Shown here piece by piece: positions 52,601 through 63,980 of a stretch of DNA of 64,000 nt (positions are counted from its first letter, which is position 1; every line of letters starts with the position of its first letter). The position numbers were made by a program, and so were the translations under genes. This DNA comes from Raillietiella orientalis. Taxonomy: Eukaryota. Under the pieces are notes generated by a model, which was given only the letters and a program-made list of their open reading frames with translations, made no database searches and was not told the origin of the DNA. The DNA is taken from NCBI GenBank assembly GCA_036172245.1, contig JAYWIR010000001.1:7750001-7814000 (forward strand), written 5' to 3'.

Positions 52601-55600
52601 AAGCAATCATCCTCCTTTCTTCTTCCCTTTCTGTTCTCCTTCCCTCCTCGGAGAAGCGACGGAGCGCAACCTCCCGCATCTCGACCCTTGTTCCAGTTCC
52701 GAGCTCCAGAGGGGCTACCACTCTGAGATGTGGTCTGGTGACCCTCGAGGAGCAGAGAGAGGCTATCCCGCTCTGAGAGGTCCTTGCTCTCTCCGGGGAA
52801 CCTGGGTCTGGAGGCTTCGCCCTCACGGAGCCATCCTTGAAACGCCACCTTCTGGCTGCCGCTGCTCTGGACCCCCCTTTTGGGTTCCTGGCAGGAAGGA
52901 GGAAACGTGGAGAGGAAGGTGCTGGGGTCTCCAGGAGCATGGGTGGGTGGGATTCCTATTGCCATTCCCTTAGGACAGGGAGTTCCCACAGCTCTCCCCT
53001 CTCTCCCCTCCGTCCTCCGAAAGGAAGCGGCGGCAGCTGCGACTCTTGGCTCGACTCCCCCTCGCTTCAGTGGTGGAGGCGAGCTGAGAGTGAGGGAGGA
53101 GGCAGAAGCAGCACCCTTACAAGGATTGAGATGCAACTACCGTTAGTATCCGGGATGGAGTGGACGGGCGCGGAGAGCGCAATCGAGGATGACCATAGTC
53201 ATCCCGAAGTTCTCACATTTCCTTTCCTGAGGAAGGGGGGGAATTCATTCCGATCTGGGACACTGAAAGTGGGGGGGAAGAGACGCTGTCCAGACCAGCG
53301 ACTTTCTCCGTTGTGCTTCTTGAGGGACGTCCTCGCGCATGCTTCCCTTCTTCGCTCTCCCTCTTCTTATTTCTCCTCCTGAACGTTTCTTCCCTTCTTT
53401 CTCCTACTCCCTTCCTTGCATGACAAGTTGAGCCTGTCGAGGGCTCTCTCAACCGGGAAAATCTCTCTCACTGCGCTGTATCCTTAGCGACATTCCCGCA
53501 GGGACGGCGGCTTCTCAAGAAGCAAGCGGCAGAAGCTGGGTCCTCCTGCCTACGGGTTCAACGAGATCGGGAAGACCATCCCCTATTTCGGGCAGCCAGA
53601 GGTGGAAGAAAGCGGGAGCTGGGGCAATTGGTCCAAGGAAAGCGAATGCACGAGGACGTGCGGGGGCGGCATCGCCGTGCTCACCAGGCAGTGCCTCCAG
53701 GACACGTGAGTAGACCTCTTTTTCACATCCCCACCCCTGTGTCCGACGTCTCTTGCGGTTCTGCCGTCGCTGAGAGTGCAAGGGGACCAAGGAAGACTGT
53801 CTTCCAGAAGCTGCTTCTCGCGATCTCCCACCTATTTTTTCCGTTTTCTGCTTTCCCCTGCGTTCGTGAGGGGCGCCAGAAAGGGAGAGCACAGGGAGCA
53901 CACTCCCGACCTTCCTTCGGGACCCCGTGGCCCCCTCTCTTCCGCAGCATCCTACGAACCAAGGAAATCGAGGACGAGGGAGAGGAGAGATCCACATCAT
54001 CCCGCAGTCCTGGCGCCCGTCCATTCTTCACAAAAAGGACTGGAAGAGAAAAGTGGGCGTGCAGCAGGAAATGGGACACTTTTTCTTTCCCCTTCCTCCT
54101 CCGCTCCCTTCTCTCCGATCCTCGTAAGTTTTCAGTCAGGGCTCGCTGAACACTATCCTGCATTGCTCGGGAGATGGAAGAGGAGGAAAGGGGAAAGGAA
54201 GGTGCACGGTCAAGCTTCGGCACCTCCCCAGAGCGATACCACCACCTTTGTTGGGAACGCATCCGCCTCCCGAGCCGTTCCCATCCTCTCATGGCATCCG
54301 CCTTTTCTCCCTTTTCCATACAGGAAGCTTAGAAATCCGGGAGCAGATGAGATCAGGGGAAGAGCGGGGGTAATGGTGAGGGCTAGTGTGCTCTTCTGGC
54401 AAACTCAAGTTGGAGGGACCTCTTGGAGGGACCTCCACGTTGACCACACTCGAGCGCCTCCTCCCTCCAGCATAAGTTGGAATCCTAACAAGAGAGAGGA
54501 GGAAGAGGAAGATGAGAAGCCCTCATATGTTCCCTACGATGATCCGTACGAACTTCAGGGAGAAAGAGGGGGACACCTGTTCGAAAGAAGCCATGGGAAC
54601 TGAGGCAGGATCGGGAACGCCCGCTGAAGACAGGAACACGCCTTCCTGGTTCTCTCAGTAAAGCCGGTCCCCTCTTGGCAGAGAAAGGAATCCGCACGTA
54701 GGCTCCCCCAAGAAATCCCCAGAGCCCCCGAAGAGAGTCGTCGCTTTTTAGAAAAAAGCGACGACTCTCTTTTTGGAAAAAAGCGAAGCCCAGCTCCTCC
54801 CAAACTTTCCTGTCTCTTCCTCGGCGCTTCCAACGGAGCACGCTTTCCTTCGTGGGCGCTCTCAGACCCTCGAGACGCCGCAAGGCACGAGACGTCCCAT
54901 CGTGCAGCTTGTTAGGAAGTTCCTCGGCCGATGTCTGCCGGCCCACGACATCGACCTCGGATGGCAGCGCGTCCTGCAGGTGGAGCTGTCGAACAGGTTT
55001 CCGGTCACCAAGCTGCACGGACTGCGCCGCTGGCAGCGGGATCCCCTTTCATCCTCGCTTCCTCTTCGCGATGTCGACCGGAAGCAGCGACTTGCCCACC
55101 CCCAATCTGTCCGGACTTTGCTCTCCGCCCTTAAAACAGAAGGGCGCTCTCCCTTCCTAGGAGGGCGAACGCGCTACCGCTTGCCGCGCGCCTGCCCAGC
55201 AACCCGTGCAGCTCCCTCTGGTTTTACGGCTGTCCGGGAAGGGAGAAGGTAGGAGCTGGGAAAAATCCAATGTATTGCGGGGCTTAGCGCCCAGGAAACG
55301 CAGTGGTGGGGAGGAAGGAGAGGAGAGGTAGCACAGGAGCTGCCAGAAGCTTCCTCTGGTAGGGCTCGCTGCGTGACACGTCTCTCCCCAGGAGCGAGGG
55401 GGGCAGAGACTGTCTGCATTTCCAGGATTCCTAGAAACCGTTGCATCTGCATAACTTTTTGTCTTTTATTCTAGAGCTGCTCCTTGCAAGGGTCCAGAAA
55501 AAAAGTATGTGTCCTGCAATATCCAGGTTGGTATCCGTCGAAGCTTGCTGGACCCGTTAATTGATCTTCCTTCTCTTCTCTTCTATGATGTTTAGAAATG

Positions 55601-58600
55601 CCCCGAAGGCACTGAGAATTTCCGAGCTCAGCAGTGCTCCCAGTTTAACAGGCTCCCTTTCGACGGACGCTACTACGAGTAAGTGCATCCTCCCCCTCCC
55701 TCCCTCCCCCCTCCTTGACTATGCACCCGACTTCCTCGGCGTACCTTCCGGTCCAGGGCATACCTGGAACAGGAAGATGCTTCTAGCGCATTTTTTCCAG
55801 GTGGATTCCCTACAAGAGAGCGCCCAACAAGTGCGAGCTGAACTGCATGCCCAAGGGTGAACGTTTTTACTATCGCCACGGCACCAAGGTCGTCGACGGC
55901 ACCCGCTGCGACGACGAGAAGATGGACGTCTGCGTCGACGGGATGTGCCTGGTAGGTCCTCGATGGGCATGGCGTGTCAGCTGGGTGGGAAGGAGAGGCT
56001 GCTGAGAAGCCTTCACCTCGAGCAGAATCCTGCGGGAAGAAGGTAGAGCGGGAGGTAGAGCCATTCCTCGCGAGCTCCCGAGGCCAGCGCGCACCCCACG
56101 TATCAAGGTGCTGACCCTCTCCTTGCGGAGGTCTCCCTTCCCCCTTACAGGTGGAAGGGATGATATCCTCCTATCTCACCCCCAAACTCCCCGGGAGAGA
56201 AAAAAAAATTTTTCAACACGTCGCGACGCGCAACGCGGCCTTCCGGGAGGAATCCACATCCCCCGTTTGCTTGCTTTCTGGTGTCCTGCAGGAATCTGCA
56301 TTCCCCTCGGTTGTTTCGGACACCCACGGTAGCATGGGGATGGCCCACAACCATCGCGACATGGTCGCGTAGCGGAAGCTGAAAGCGCCATCGCTTGCAA
56401 AGCTCGGCATCCCGATCTCGAGGAACAAAAACTGAAGTCTCTTGCAGTCTGTAGGATGTGACGGAGTTCTTGGATCCTCCAAGCAAGAAGATGACTGCAA
56501 AGTTTGTGGAGGTGACGGCAGCTCTTGCAACCGAGTCAGAGGGACGTTCGAAAAGAACGATCTCCAAGTTGGTGAGTTTCCTGCTTTTTTTTTATTTGGG
56601 AGTGGAAGGGGGGGATTCCTGCGTGCGGTTGCCTAGCGCCGTCGGATGTCTCGAGGCATTCCGGTCCGATCATCGGCACGCCCGATGTGCATTTCATATG
56701 CTCGTCCTCCCCTTCCCCACGTCGGATCCCCCGACTTGCAGTCGACTCCAGGAAGATTCATCTTTTTGCGGGTTCCATCACCTAGGATGGGTACGCGAGA
56801 GGATCTGGAGGCGCGTCCTCAAGTCACCACCTCCGGGAATCGATACTCCTTCAACGTGCGTGCACACAACTCCAGGAGCGTTGGCGGACGTGCGGCTGAG
56901 GTCTCCGTGCATGGTGCCAAGCGTTGCGGGTGCTGCTGGAGAAGGATCGATGCCGAGAAATGCGTCGTGGGTTCCAAGTTCACCCAGCAAGATGACGCCG
57001 GCTGGCTCTATTCGGGTGCGGCAGTGGACGAAATTGGCGCCGTTTCTGAGGCCAACAAGGAAGGAGAGAGAGCCTCCGAAGTTCACACTTGTGGTGCTAT
57101 AAATGCACTGTCCGTGTCATTACTGGAGGTCCGCGTCGGAGGCCGCGCGGCCGCCGGCCTCAGCACGTGTCACCGACCGTCGCGTGTTTCAATCCCTCAA
57201 AGGGAAGGATGAACACCGACAAGGGATGGGGATGGGTCGTGAGTTTCGAGTTCCCTCCGCAAGATGAGGCTGATTAAGCGTATGCTACACTGGTATAAGC
57301 CGGAAACCGGATTTCCCCGTTGACTGACCGGGATCGGAAGTTAACCCTCTGAGGTCCTTCCAGGAATCGAAGAGTCGGTTCCTTTCCGGGGTCCCTTCCG
57401 GTTCTAAAAATGGAATCGTCCTCCCTCCACTGGGTGGGGAGGCCCCCATCGAGGGAAGTAGCCTCTCCAGAGTATCAAGAAGCTCACTACTCCCTTCGCG
57501 GAGCGCCCTGCAGAGAAATTGGGAAGCATCCCTTTGGGGTTTTCTTCAGAGAAGGAAACGAGGAGCGGATCCTTTCCGGGTTCCCTGCGGAGAAGAAACA
57601 CGAGAGCAAACCGAGATCCCTCCAGAGAGGAAACCAATTTTTTAGGGATTCCCTCCCAAGCGTAAGAAGATCGGACTCCTTCCTCCGGAGCCTTCCTGGA
57701 TTCATAGGATGGTCCCCACCCGCCTGCACAGTCACCAGTCCGAGTCGGGTCGGGAACGTTTCGCAAGGCGATGGCGTTAGGAGCAGCCACAAGGAGAGAA
57801 CCTCCCTGGTATCCCCTTATCGACCCCTCCCAAACTGCACGCACACATCCTTGTGTTTCACTCCCGGAGCCCTGGAGCCTCATCTGGAGCCAACAACGAG
57901 TCTGAGCTCCTTCCTAGAAAGCTCGCTTCCCTCTTCTCGCTTTTCTCCTTACTCTCCTTCCCGTCCACATCCTCGCTCTCCGTTCCTCCGTGTATTCCTG
58001 AATCTGCGGCCAGGCACGGACCAAGTCGAATTTGCGGGATCACGTGCCGGGCACTGATGCACTGGAATGCGGGGAAGGAGCGAGATGGCTCCTGCCCCGA
58101 CTGCTGATTCCTCCCTAATTGTGCGGACCCTGCCGGACTTACACTGCGCCGCTCCTTACAGGTATCAGGCAGCAAACGAGAACAGCGGCGCGGTGCTGTT
58201 CATTCGCAGAGAAGGAGGGGGGGCATGGGATGTGACCTCTCTATCCTCGTGAGGTAATCGGCGAATTACCAAGAGGTCGCATAGGGGTTCTGGAATGGGA
58301 ATTGACCTTGCGGTTCCGCCCCGCGGTAGATTCTGACTCCTCGTGCATTTCCAGGGTACAACGACATCCTGCTCATCCCAGTCGGAGCTACGAATATCCT
58401 TGTTCGGGAAGTCCACGCTTCCAACAATTATCTGGGTACGGATTGCTTTCTTTTCTCCCAGCCCTCCTTGCCCACTTTCCCCACGTTTCCCTGCACGTTA
58501 CTCCCTCGACCCTTGACCCACCATTCCCTTGGTTCCTGAGTGTTCCTGCAGCACACGGACGCCTCCGCGTTGCTCCACTCCTTCCCCGAAAGGCTGACGG

Positions 58601-61600
58601 GCTGATCCGGGAGATTCGACTTGCCCTTTTGGTGATTCTCGCTCAGCCCTCAGGAACAACAATGGGGAATATTTCATCAACGGGAACTGGAAGATCGATT
58701 TTCCGACGCAGCTGGAGATCGCAGGCACCATCGTCCACTACGAGAGACAGCTCCAGTACGGACTCCTAGCTCCGGAGCTCATCCGCGCTTCCGGCCCGAC
58801 GCAGGAGCCCTTGTTCATCGTGGTAAGTGGCAGCAGCGAAGACGCCTGTCGGGCTTTTTGCCTGGTCCCTTCGGTGCTCGCTGGCCGGAGCTCCGCCCTC
58901 TTCCTGCCTTCCTTACCCTCTCGAAATCTCGAGTTGAATCCTGCCGGATCGCTTCTCGGGAACCCTCTTGAGAAAATCACGCGATCTCCCTCTATGATTC
59001 ATTAAAAAAAAAGAAAGGAAAAAAAGAAAAAAAGAAAGGAAACGACGATCTGTTTCTGATCTGAAAATTCAGCTGCTGTACCAAGAGAAGAACCCGGGCA
59101 TAGAATACGAGTTCCACACGCCTCTGGTAGTCTCGACCGAAGAGAAGGACAAGTACGAGTGGATTTACGACAAATGGTCTGAGTGCACCACCACTTGTGG
59201 GGGAGGTAGAGGAGATGCTTAATGCTGAACATGAATTTGGACTTTGTTTCCATAGGTACTCAAACCAGAAACGTTACTTGCATTAAGAGAAATCCCTATC
59301 AGTATTCAGATTACCAGGTGGCATCGGAGCTGCTCTGCGATCCTCTTCTTCAGCCGCCATCGAACCGAAGCTGCAGTACCCACCCATGCGCGGCTGAGTG
59401 AGTGGACGCGCTTCTCAAGTTTGGGACGCGACCCCTGGCAACCCTCCCTCCCCCACTTTCAAAGCCGAGCCCTCTCGTTGGCGCCGTCTACCCAGCCCTC
59501 CTCCTTCTATTCCCTCGTTCGCTCCCATTTTCGTTCTTTTTTTTTTTTCTCAGGTGGTTTGTTGGCAACTGGACCAACTGTTCGTCCAACCTCATCACCG
59601 GGCTGCAGTTCAGGACCGTCTACTGCCAGCAGCTCTACCAGAACAGCCTCCCTTCCGTGATTGCTGACGAGGAATGCGCCCATCTGGAAGGGGGGAAGCC
59701 GAGGGAGACTCAAGAATGCAATACTGAGATCGAACGAGGTTCCTGGTTTGTGGGTCCGTGGAAATCGGTAATTATGGCAAACAGTAGGCACAGCTGGAAT
59801 CCCCTCCAGCCTGTGCCACGCACCGCTTTGTTTCCCAGGGAACCATCCTAAGAGGCCTTAGGGCGCACGTGCGCGGGGAAAAAAGTTCCCGTCTCTTCCT
59901 TTGCCTATTCTTGGCGGGAGCGAGCCTTCTTCCCCAGTGCGGTGCCGAGTTAGCCCTTGAGCTCCATGCTTCGTCTTTCTTCCTTTCTTTCTACCAAAGA
60001 AGGTGAGCCCGCGGCGTGGTTCTTTCCTATAGCCGCACGCCCGAAGACGGCGGTGCTTCCATTGCGGATGAACGCGTGGCTTGGGCATGGCTTGGGATGG
60101 GGTGTGGACGGAAAGGCTCCCCGAACCGTCCTGTTCCCCACTCGCCACTCTGAATTTCCAAACGGGGCCAGGTTGCCCGTGGTTCCTGCTCCCTTGCACA
60201 TCCTTCCTTCAAATCAGCCCGCGAAGTCTCTGGAGTGGCATCCCCTCGCTCATTCTGCCGTCTAAATTTATCGATGTAATTAGGCAGACTTCCTCGAGAG
60301 ATGAATGAATACAGCTTCTCGTTACTTCATCTTCAAGATGGCCGCCAAAGAAGAAAAAAAAAACTTGCGCCATGCTGAAGGAGCAGCCATGCTAATGCTG
60401 CTGGAAAACCGTACGCTGCCACGTGCACGTAGTCGTGTCATCGGCAAAGCATCTGGCAACGAAGAGAGTCTCCGCTTTCTTTCCGGATGGACGGCGGATC
60501 TGCTCTCGTGAAGGTCTCTTAATAGGATTTGGTTTTCCTCCTCCTCCTCCTTTTTTGGACCAGCACAAGAAGAAGTAGAAGCATGTGTCGTCATCTCCAG
60601 ATGTCTCGTATCGTTGAGATGTCAAGTAGATGTTCATTAAAAATAACCCGTGACGTCATCTACGGATGCCTTGTACCGTTGGGAAGTGTGAGGGTAGACA
60701 CTCGGTAGAAAAATGTGCAATAAGGGATTCAAAGCAAAAGTAAAAGGGATTCAAAAAACAAACAAACACGTGGACTGAGAGATCCGTTTTTTTCGTTCTT
60801 GCTCCTCGTCTCCTTCCGGTTCTCGCGGGGGAGGAGTGATGGCAGATCTTCTGCGTGCTAGAAGTGAGTGAGATCGAATTTGGGAGCACAGCGTGTTTGA
60901 AGCCTTGAAAAAGTTATAGAATTTTGAATGATGGATTCCTTTTCAAGTTACGACATTTTAAGAGCAACGGGTGCGGCGCAGCAGAGCAGCCAGTGCAAGA
61001 AGGATGATTTGCACGCAGGACTTTTATAAACTTGGGAATTATTTTGCGCTCGATTTCGTTGTCCTGCAAATTCCTTGATATTTGGTTTGCTGTCATCCTT
61101 AAGGCGACCCAACTTTCCACTCACAAGAAATTCCATCCACTTGTTCCATTAGAAACGAAACAATTCACATTCAGAAGGATGGTCTTTCACAAGTGAAAGT
61201 AAAGGTCATTTAAAGGAAAAGCTTCGTTTCCTCGTGATGCTGAACCGAGTTGATGCGATTCTCCTTCTCATGAGCATTGCATCATCCGAGCGAAAATCCC
61301 CATCTCTATCCGCTCGCACTCTTTCACTTCCTGGACTCAGTGAATCCTTTTTTTTGCTTAGGTTGAACCGAGCTCAGGCTCAGTTGGCTTCAAATTCAAT
61401 ACTAGATAAATTTTAGAGTTTGTCGCATGCCAGCCTTGGCACGCGTGCCAATGACGTGCAGCTGCCAACTTAAAGGCATCTGACTTGGTCGCTGCAAGCA
61501 ATTTTTCATCGATAACGTAATTGGTGTCATTTTAGGGCTACTTACTCTCGATTCTGTCTTGACAGCGTGTTATCTAAATCAACCGATCGATTACTGATTG

Positions 61601-63980
61601 CTTTAGATTTTCGATTGGGCTTTTACAGGGGGAATCATTCTGTTCGGGATTCTGGGTCTCCTCCTCAAAGAACTGCACTCCCGGGACAAGGCTCAGAAAA
61701 ACATCCCGTGGGAAACTTGATCTTTCCCGATTTCCCTGCCCTGCAGCGCACGACGGGCGCTCGGTGACCCAACCCTTTTGCTGGCAATATCGGGTCATTC
61801 CGTGAAACGAAAAATGAGAACGTGCTCTTTTCCTGCAGTGCAACCGTCTGTGCGGCAAGGGCAACAGGACGCGCCAGGTCGTGTGCCACAGGAAGATCAA
61901 AGGAGCCGTGGAAGTCCTTCCGGAGGAAATCTGCTCCAAGGACAAGCCTTCAGACAAGGAGGAGTGCTTCTTGAGACCTTGCGGGGGACTGGACTGGCTT
62001 GTCTCCGAGTGGAAAGAGGTAACACTTGCTCTTCTCCTTCGAGTTTCGACTTGGTTTCCGAGCTTCACGTGCAGCATGAATGTGAGGGAGGGGGGAAGGG
62101 GGAAGCAGATTGCGATCTCAGTCTGAGATCTCAGTCTGTGTTTGTGATGCTACACCGCCCTGTGAGCTGAAGTAGACGGAACGTTAAACGGATAGCGCCT
62201 CGTCGATATTTCGGATACCCTGACTCAGAGCAACGAGACAGTACCATCCACCTTCCCAGCCGCGCATCTTATAAATCCCTCAGAAGACAAAGAACGCAAA
62301 ACGGTATCAAAACACGAAGTGCCTTTCGTCACTCTCTGCGAACGCTCGCGGGTTTCCTGCGGATGCTTTTCGAGAATGTCTCGAAAACCAGACTGAGGTC
62401 GCTGTCTGGCTGCAGCATCGCCTTCTGCTCGTCGCCATGCTTTCTGTGCCACTGCTTTTAACGTGCAGCCGCGCGCGCCACAGAGCTCGTCGCTGTCATG
62501 CCGTGTTGAGAAGGAGCCGTGCATAACCCGTGGTCGCTGGGCCTCATCCGACCTCCAGCGCCCTTTCGCGAGGACCCCGGGACTCTTGAATAAAAATTTT
62601 CAAGCCCCATTCTTTGCAATTTCCTTTAAACAGCTCGGTCCGGTTGACAAATAGCCGATTCCTGAAGTCCAATCTTGCTTACTTCCATTCTGTAATCGTT
62701 TCGTTTCACAGCTGATGAATGGAATTATTGTGCAACGAAAGAAGCTGATTTTTCTATCTCTTTGACTCGTTCTCCTTCGAGTCCATCCGCAACCCCGAAA
62801 ACTCGAGCAACACCCGACGCTTGAACCGGGGAAATTAGAAGTTGTTCGCGTAACGCAAGAAAAAGCAAGAAAGAAAAATTCGAGAAATTGGCTGTTTTAA
62901 ATTTTAAATTAAAGAAATCGGCTCTCGTTGCGCATAAAATTGTGGCCCGCAGCAACGCTTCTCGGAAGGCTGCGAGTCAAAGGCTTCCCGTGGCGTTTCC
63001 GAACTGTTTCCAAGGTCTCGTTATTGGAACGATTAAAAGCCGGAGTACTTCCAGCAAGTAGCAATTTTCACCCTCAAGGATGCGGTGGAGAGATCGTTCA
63101 AGAAACTCGAGGTATTCGGAGATTCAGCCTTTGCATCCGACGGCGGTCCGCTTGCGCACGTGCCCGCCCGCCGCCGAAGTTTCATCTCCATCTCGGGAGT
63201 CGCGGCCGAGCGTTCACCGCTGACGTTGATCTTCGCTGTTCCGAATGAAAATCAGCCGTCGCAAGATCCTCTCCAGATGAGGAAATTGCACCTGCCTGCG
63301 ACGGCACCTCTGATCGGAGCTTTTGTCCTCTTGGGGAAGTCTCAGTGGCCACAGATATCAACCGCTGCCTTGAGAAGTAGAAAGTGCCCGCCTCGTAAAA
63401 AAAATTTTCAACTTTTGCATTTCTACATTAATCCCATCGTTTGCGCTTCTCATAAACTTTCGCAGATCGTTTGAAAACTTTCGATAAACAGCGACGAGAA
63501 ATCCACGTGGACTTGTCCAAGGCTCCCTCGAGTTAAAAACTTCCCAACTCTCTAAGCGAAATCAAGCGGTTTCCGATGAAATGCCACCTATACAAACACG
63601 TTCATCATTTATGGGTATGGATGCGTCCATTACGTGCGTGGAAGATGAAGAATGCTGATGTGGAAGCTGAAGGGTGTTCTCCGAAGAAACTCCTGGGGGG
63701 CTTACACATTTATTTGGGATGGTGCATTATTCCGGAATGCCGTTTTTGCGTTATTACCAGCACGTGATGTGCAGAACGGGAAAGCAATTCCTTGTCTCTC
63801 TCGTAGTGCAACGAAAGCTGTGGCATCCACCAAAAGACCCGGGTGCCTCTCTGCTCTACCGACAAAGGGGAGGTGCATCCTGATGAATTCTGCAAGAATA
63901 AACGGTTGCCTGCCGTAACAGAAGCGTGCACCAACACTAGAGAATGTGAATTTTCCTGGTATGCCTCTCAGTGGAGCGAA
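46212..63980 (+). CDS. Ppn: Papilin (ADAMTS-like ECM glycoprotein), partial spliced CDS: join(46212..46284,53488..53705,55475..55526,55596..55678,55801..55951,56448..56571,58355..58435,58647..58822,59073..59205,59256..59397,59554..59767,61839..62018,63807..63980); first coding exon upstream, 3' part beyond the window
   Basis: Manual splicing at GT-AG sites gives one open frame of 1801 nt (1 nt plus 600 codons) with all phases matching. The product runs signal peptide, RSKRQ, TSR ([17 protein letters not shown]...SCNIQKCP), FRAQQCSQF...[23 protein letters not shown]...KVVDGTRC...[29 protein letters not shown] spacer ([15 protein letters not shown]...[22 protein letters not shown]), then tandem TSRs. 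There is no metalloprotease domain. [15 protein letters not shown] is the motif I recall from Drosophila papilin. The Kunitz/Ig/PLAC domains that would clinch papilin lie outside the window. Confidence 0.92.
46698..47070. mobile_element. MITE / non-autonomous Tc1-mariner (pogo/Tigger-like) DNA transposon, 373 bp
   Basis: Left end CAGTGGTACC-CGGTACTCGGCGGT; reverse complement of the right end CAATGGTACCTCGGTACTCGTCGGT. It is flanked by TA/AT dinucleotide runs on both sides, has internal repeats of a CGG(T/C/A)ACTCG motif, and has no transposase ORF. Confidence 0.75.
47096..47390. mobile_element. Second MITE-like foldback element: ~35-bp imperfect inverted repeats around an AT-rich core
   Basis: Left arm AAATCCCTAATGTCGACATCTCGAAAGATCGTAAA (47096-47130); reverse complement of right arm (47356-47390) AAACCCCAAATGTCGACATCTCGAAAGATCATAAA. 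True termini and target site duplication are not resolved. Confidence 0.6.
49140..49850. repeat. Degenerate (CA/TG/TA)n microsatellite field
   Basis: About 700 bp of alternating purine-pyrimidine sequence (tgtgtg, tatata, cacaca, tatgta). Confidence 0.9.
49305..50625. repeat. ~80-bp diverged direct repeat pair (49305-49382 and 50542-50625)
   Basis: gaagcctgagccatgaaatccatggagactacc...gatgacatgtaggcattctgctgccgcct versus gaagccagagccatgaaacccacggagaccacc...aatgacatttaggcattccactgccgcct. Confidence 0.8.
53488..53705 (+). CDS. Ppn: Papilin exon: propeptide/furin site and start of TSR1 ([15 protein letters not shown]...[28 protein letters not shown])
   Basis: Acceptor tccttag| (alternative cag| ending at 53501), donor AC|gtgagt. 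Carries the WxxW..CxxxCGGG thrombospondin motif. Confidence 0.9.
55475..55526 (+). CDS. Ppn: Papilin exon, TSR1 C-terminal part ([17 protein letters not shown])
   Basis: ttattctag| ... CAG|gttggt; phase 2 to 0. Confidence 0.9.
55596..55678 (+). CDS. Ppn: Papilin exon, start of Cys-rich domain ([28 protein letters not shown])
   Basis: tttag| ... GA|gtaagt; ADAMTS FRxxQC motif. Confidence 0.92.
55801..55951 (+). CDS. Ppn: Papilin exon, Cys-rich domain ([50 protein letters not shown])
   Basis: ttttttccag| ... CTG|gtaggt; VVDGTRC motif. Confidence 0.95.
56448..56571 (+). CDS. Ppn: Papilin exon ([41 protein letters not shown])
   Basis: cttgcag| ... G|gtgagt; GCD..LGS...[17 protein letters not shown] motif. 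Confidence 0.95.
58355..58435 (+). CDS. Ppn: Papilin exon, ADAMTS spacer ([27 protein letters not shown])
   Basis: tttccag| ... G|gtacgg; IPxGATNI spacer motif. Confidence 0.93.
58647..58822 (+). CDS. Ppn: Papilin exon, ADAMTS spacer ([35 protein letters not shown]...[10 protein letters not shown])
   Basis: ctcgctcag| ... GTG|gtaagt. Confidence 0.93.
59073..59205 (+). CDS. Ppn: Papilin exon, end of spacer and start of TSR2 ([14 protein letters not shown]...[17 protein letters not shown])
   Basis: ttcag| ... GAG|gtagag. Confidence 0.92.
59256..59397 (+). CDS. Ppn: Papilin exon, TSR2 ([14 protein letters not shown]...[22 protein letters not shown])
   Basis: tttccatag| ... GA|gtgagt; preceded by a 50-nt intron. 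Confidence 0.92.
59554..59767 (+). CDS. Ppn: Papilin exon, TSR3 with four cysteines, and start of TSR4 ([26 protein letters not shown]...[18 protein letters not shown])
   Basis: Poly-T tract then ctcag| ... TCG|gtaatt. Confidence 0.92.
61839..62018 (+). CDS. Ppn: Papilin exon, TSR4 ([19 protein letters not shown]...[18 protein letters not shown])
   Basis: tttcctgcag| ... GAG|gtaaca; phase 0 to 0. Confidence 0.93.
63807..63980 (+). CDS. Ppn: Papilin exon, TSR5 and start of TSR6 ([29 protein letters not shown]...[13 protein letters not shown])
   Basis: ctctctcgtag| ... GAA|gtaagc; phase 0 to 0. Confidence 0.92.

Noticed and set aside
56785..56900. [17 protein letters not shown] resembling a fibronectin-III strand motif inside a papilin intron
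   Set aside because: The rest of the FN3 pattern is absent, the donor is poor, and the flanking papilin exons join perfectly without it.
46212..63980. Calling the gene an ADAMTS protease
   Set aside because: TSR1 follows the signal peptide and short propeptide directly, and there is no HExxH metalloprotease exon. The layout is papilin/ADAMTS-like.
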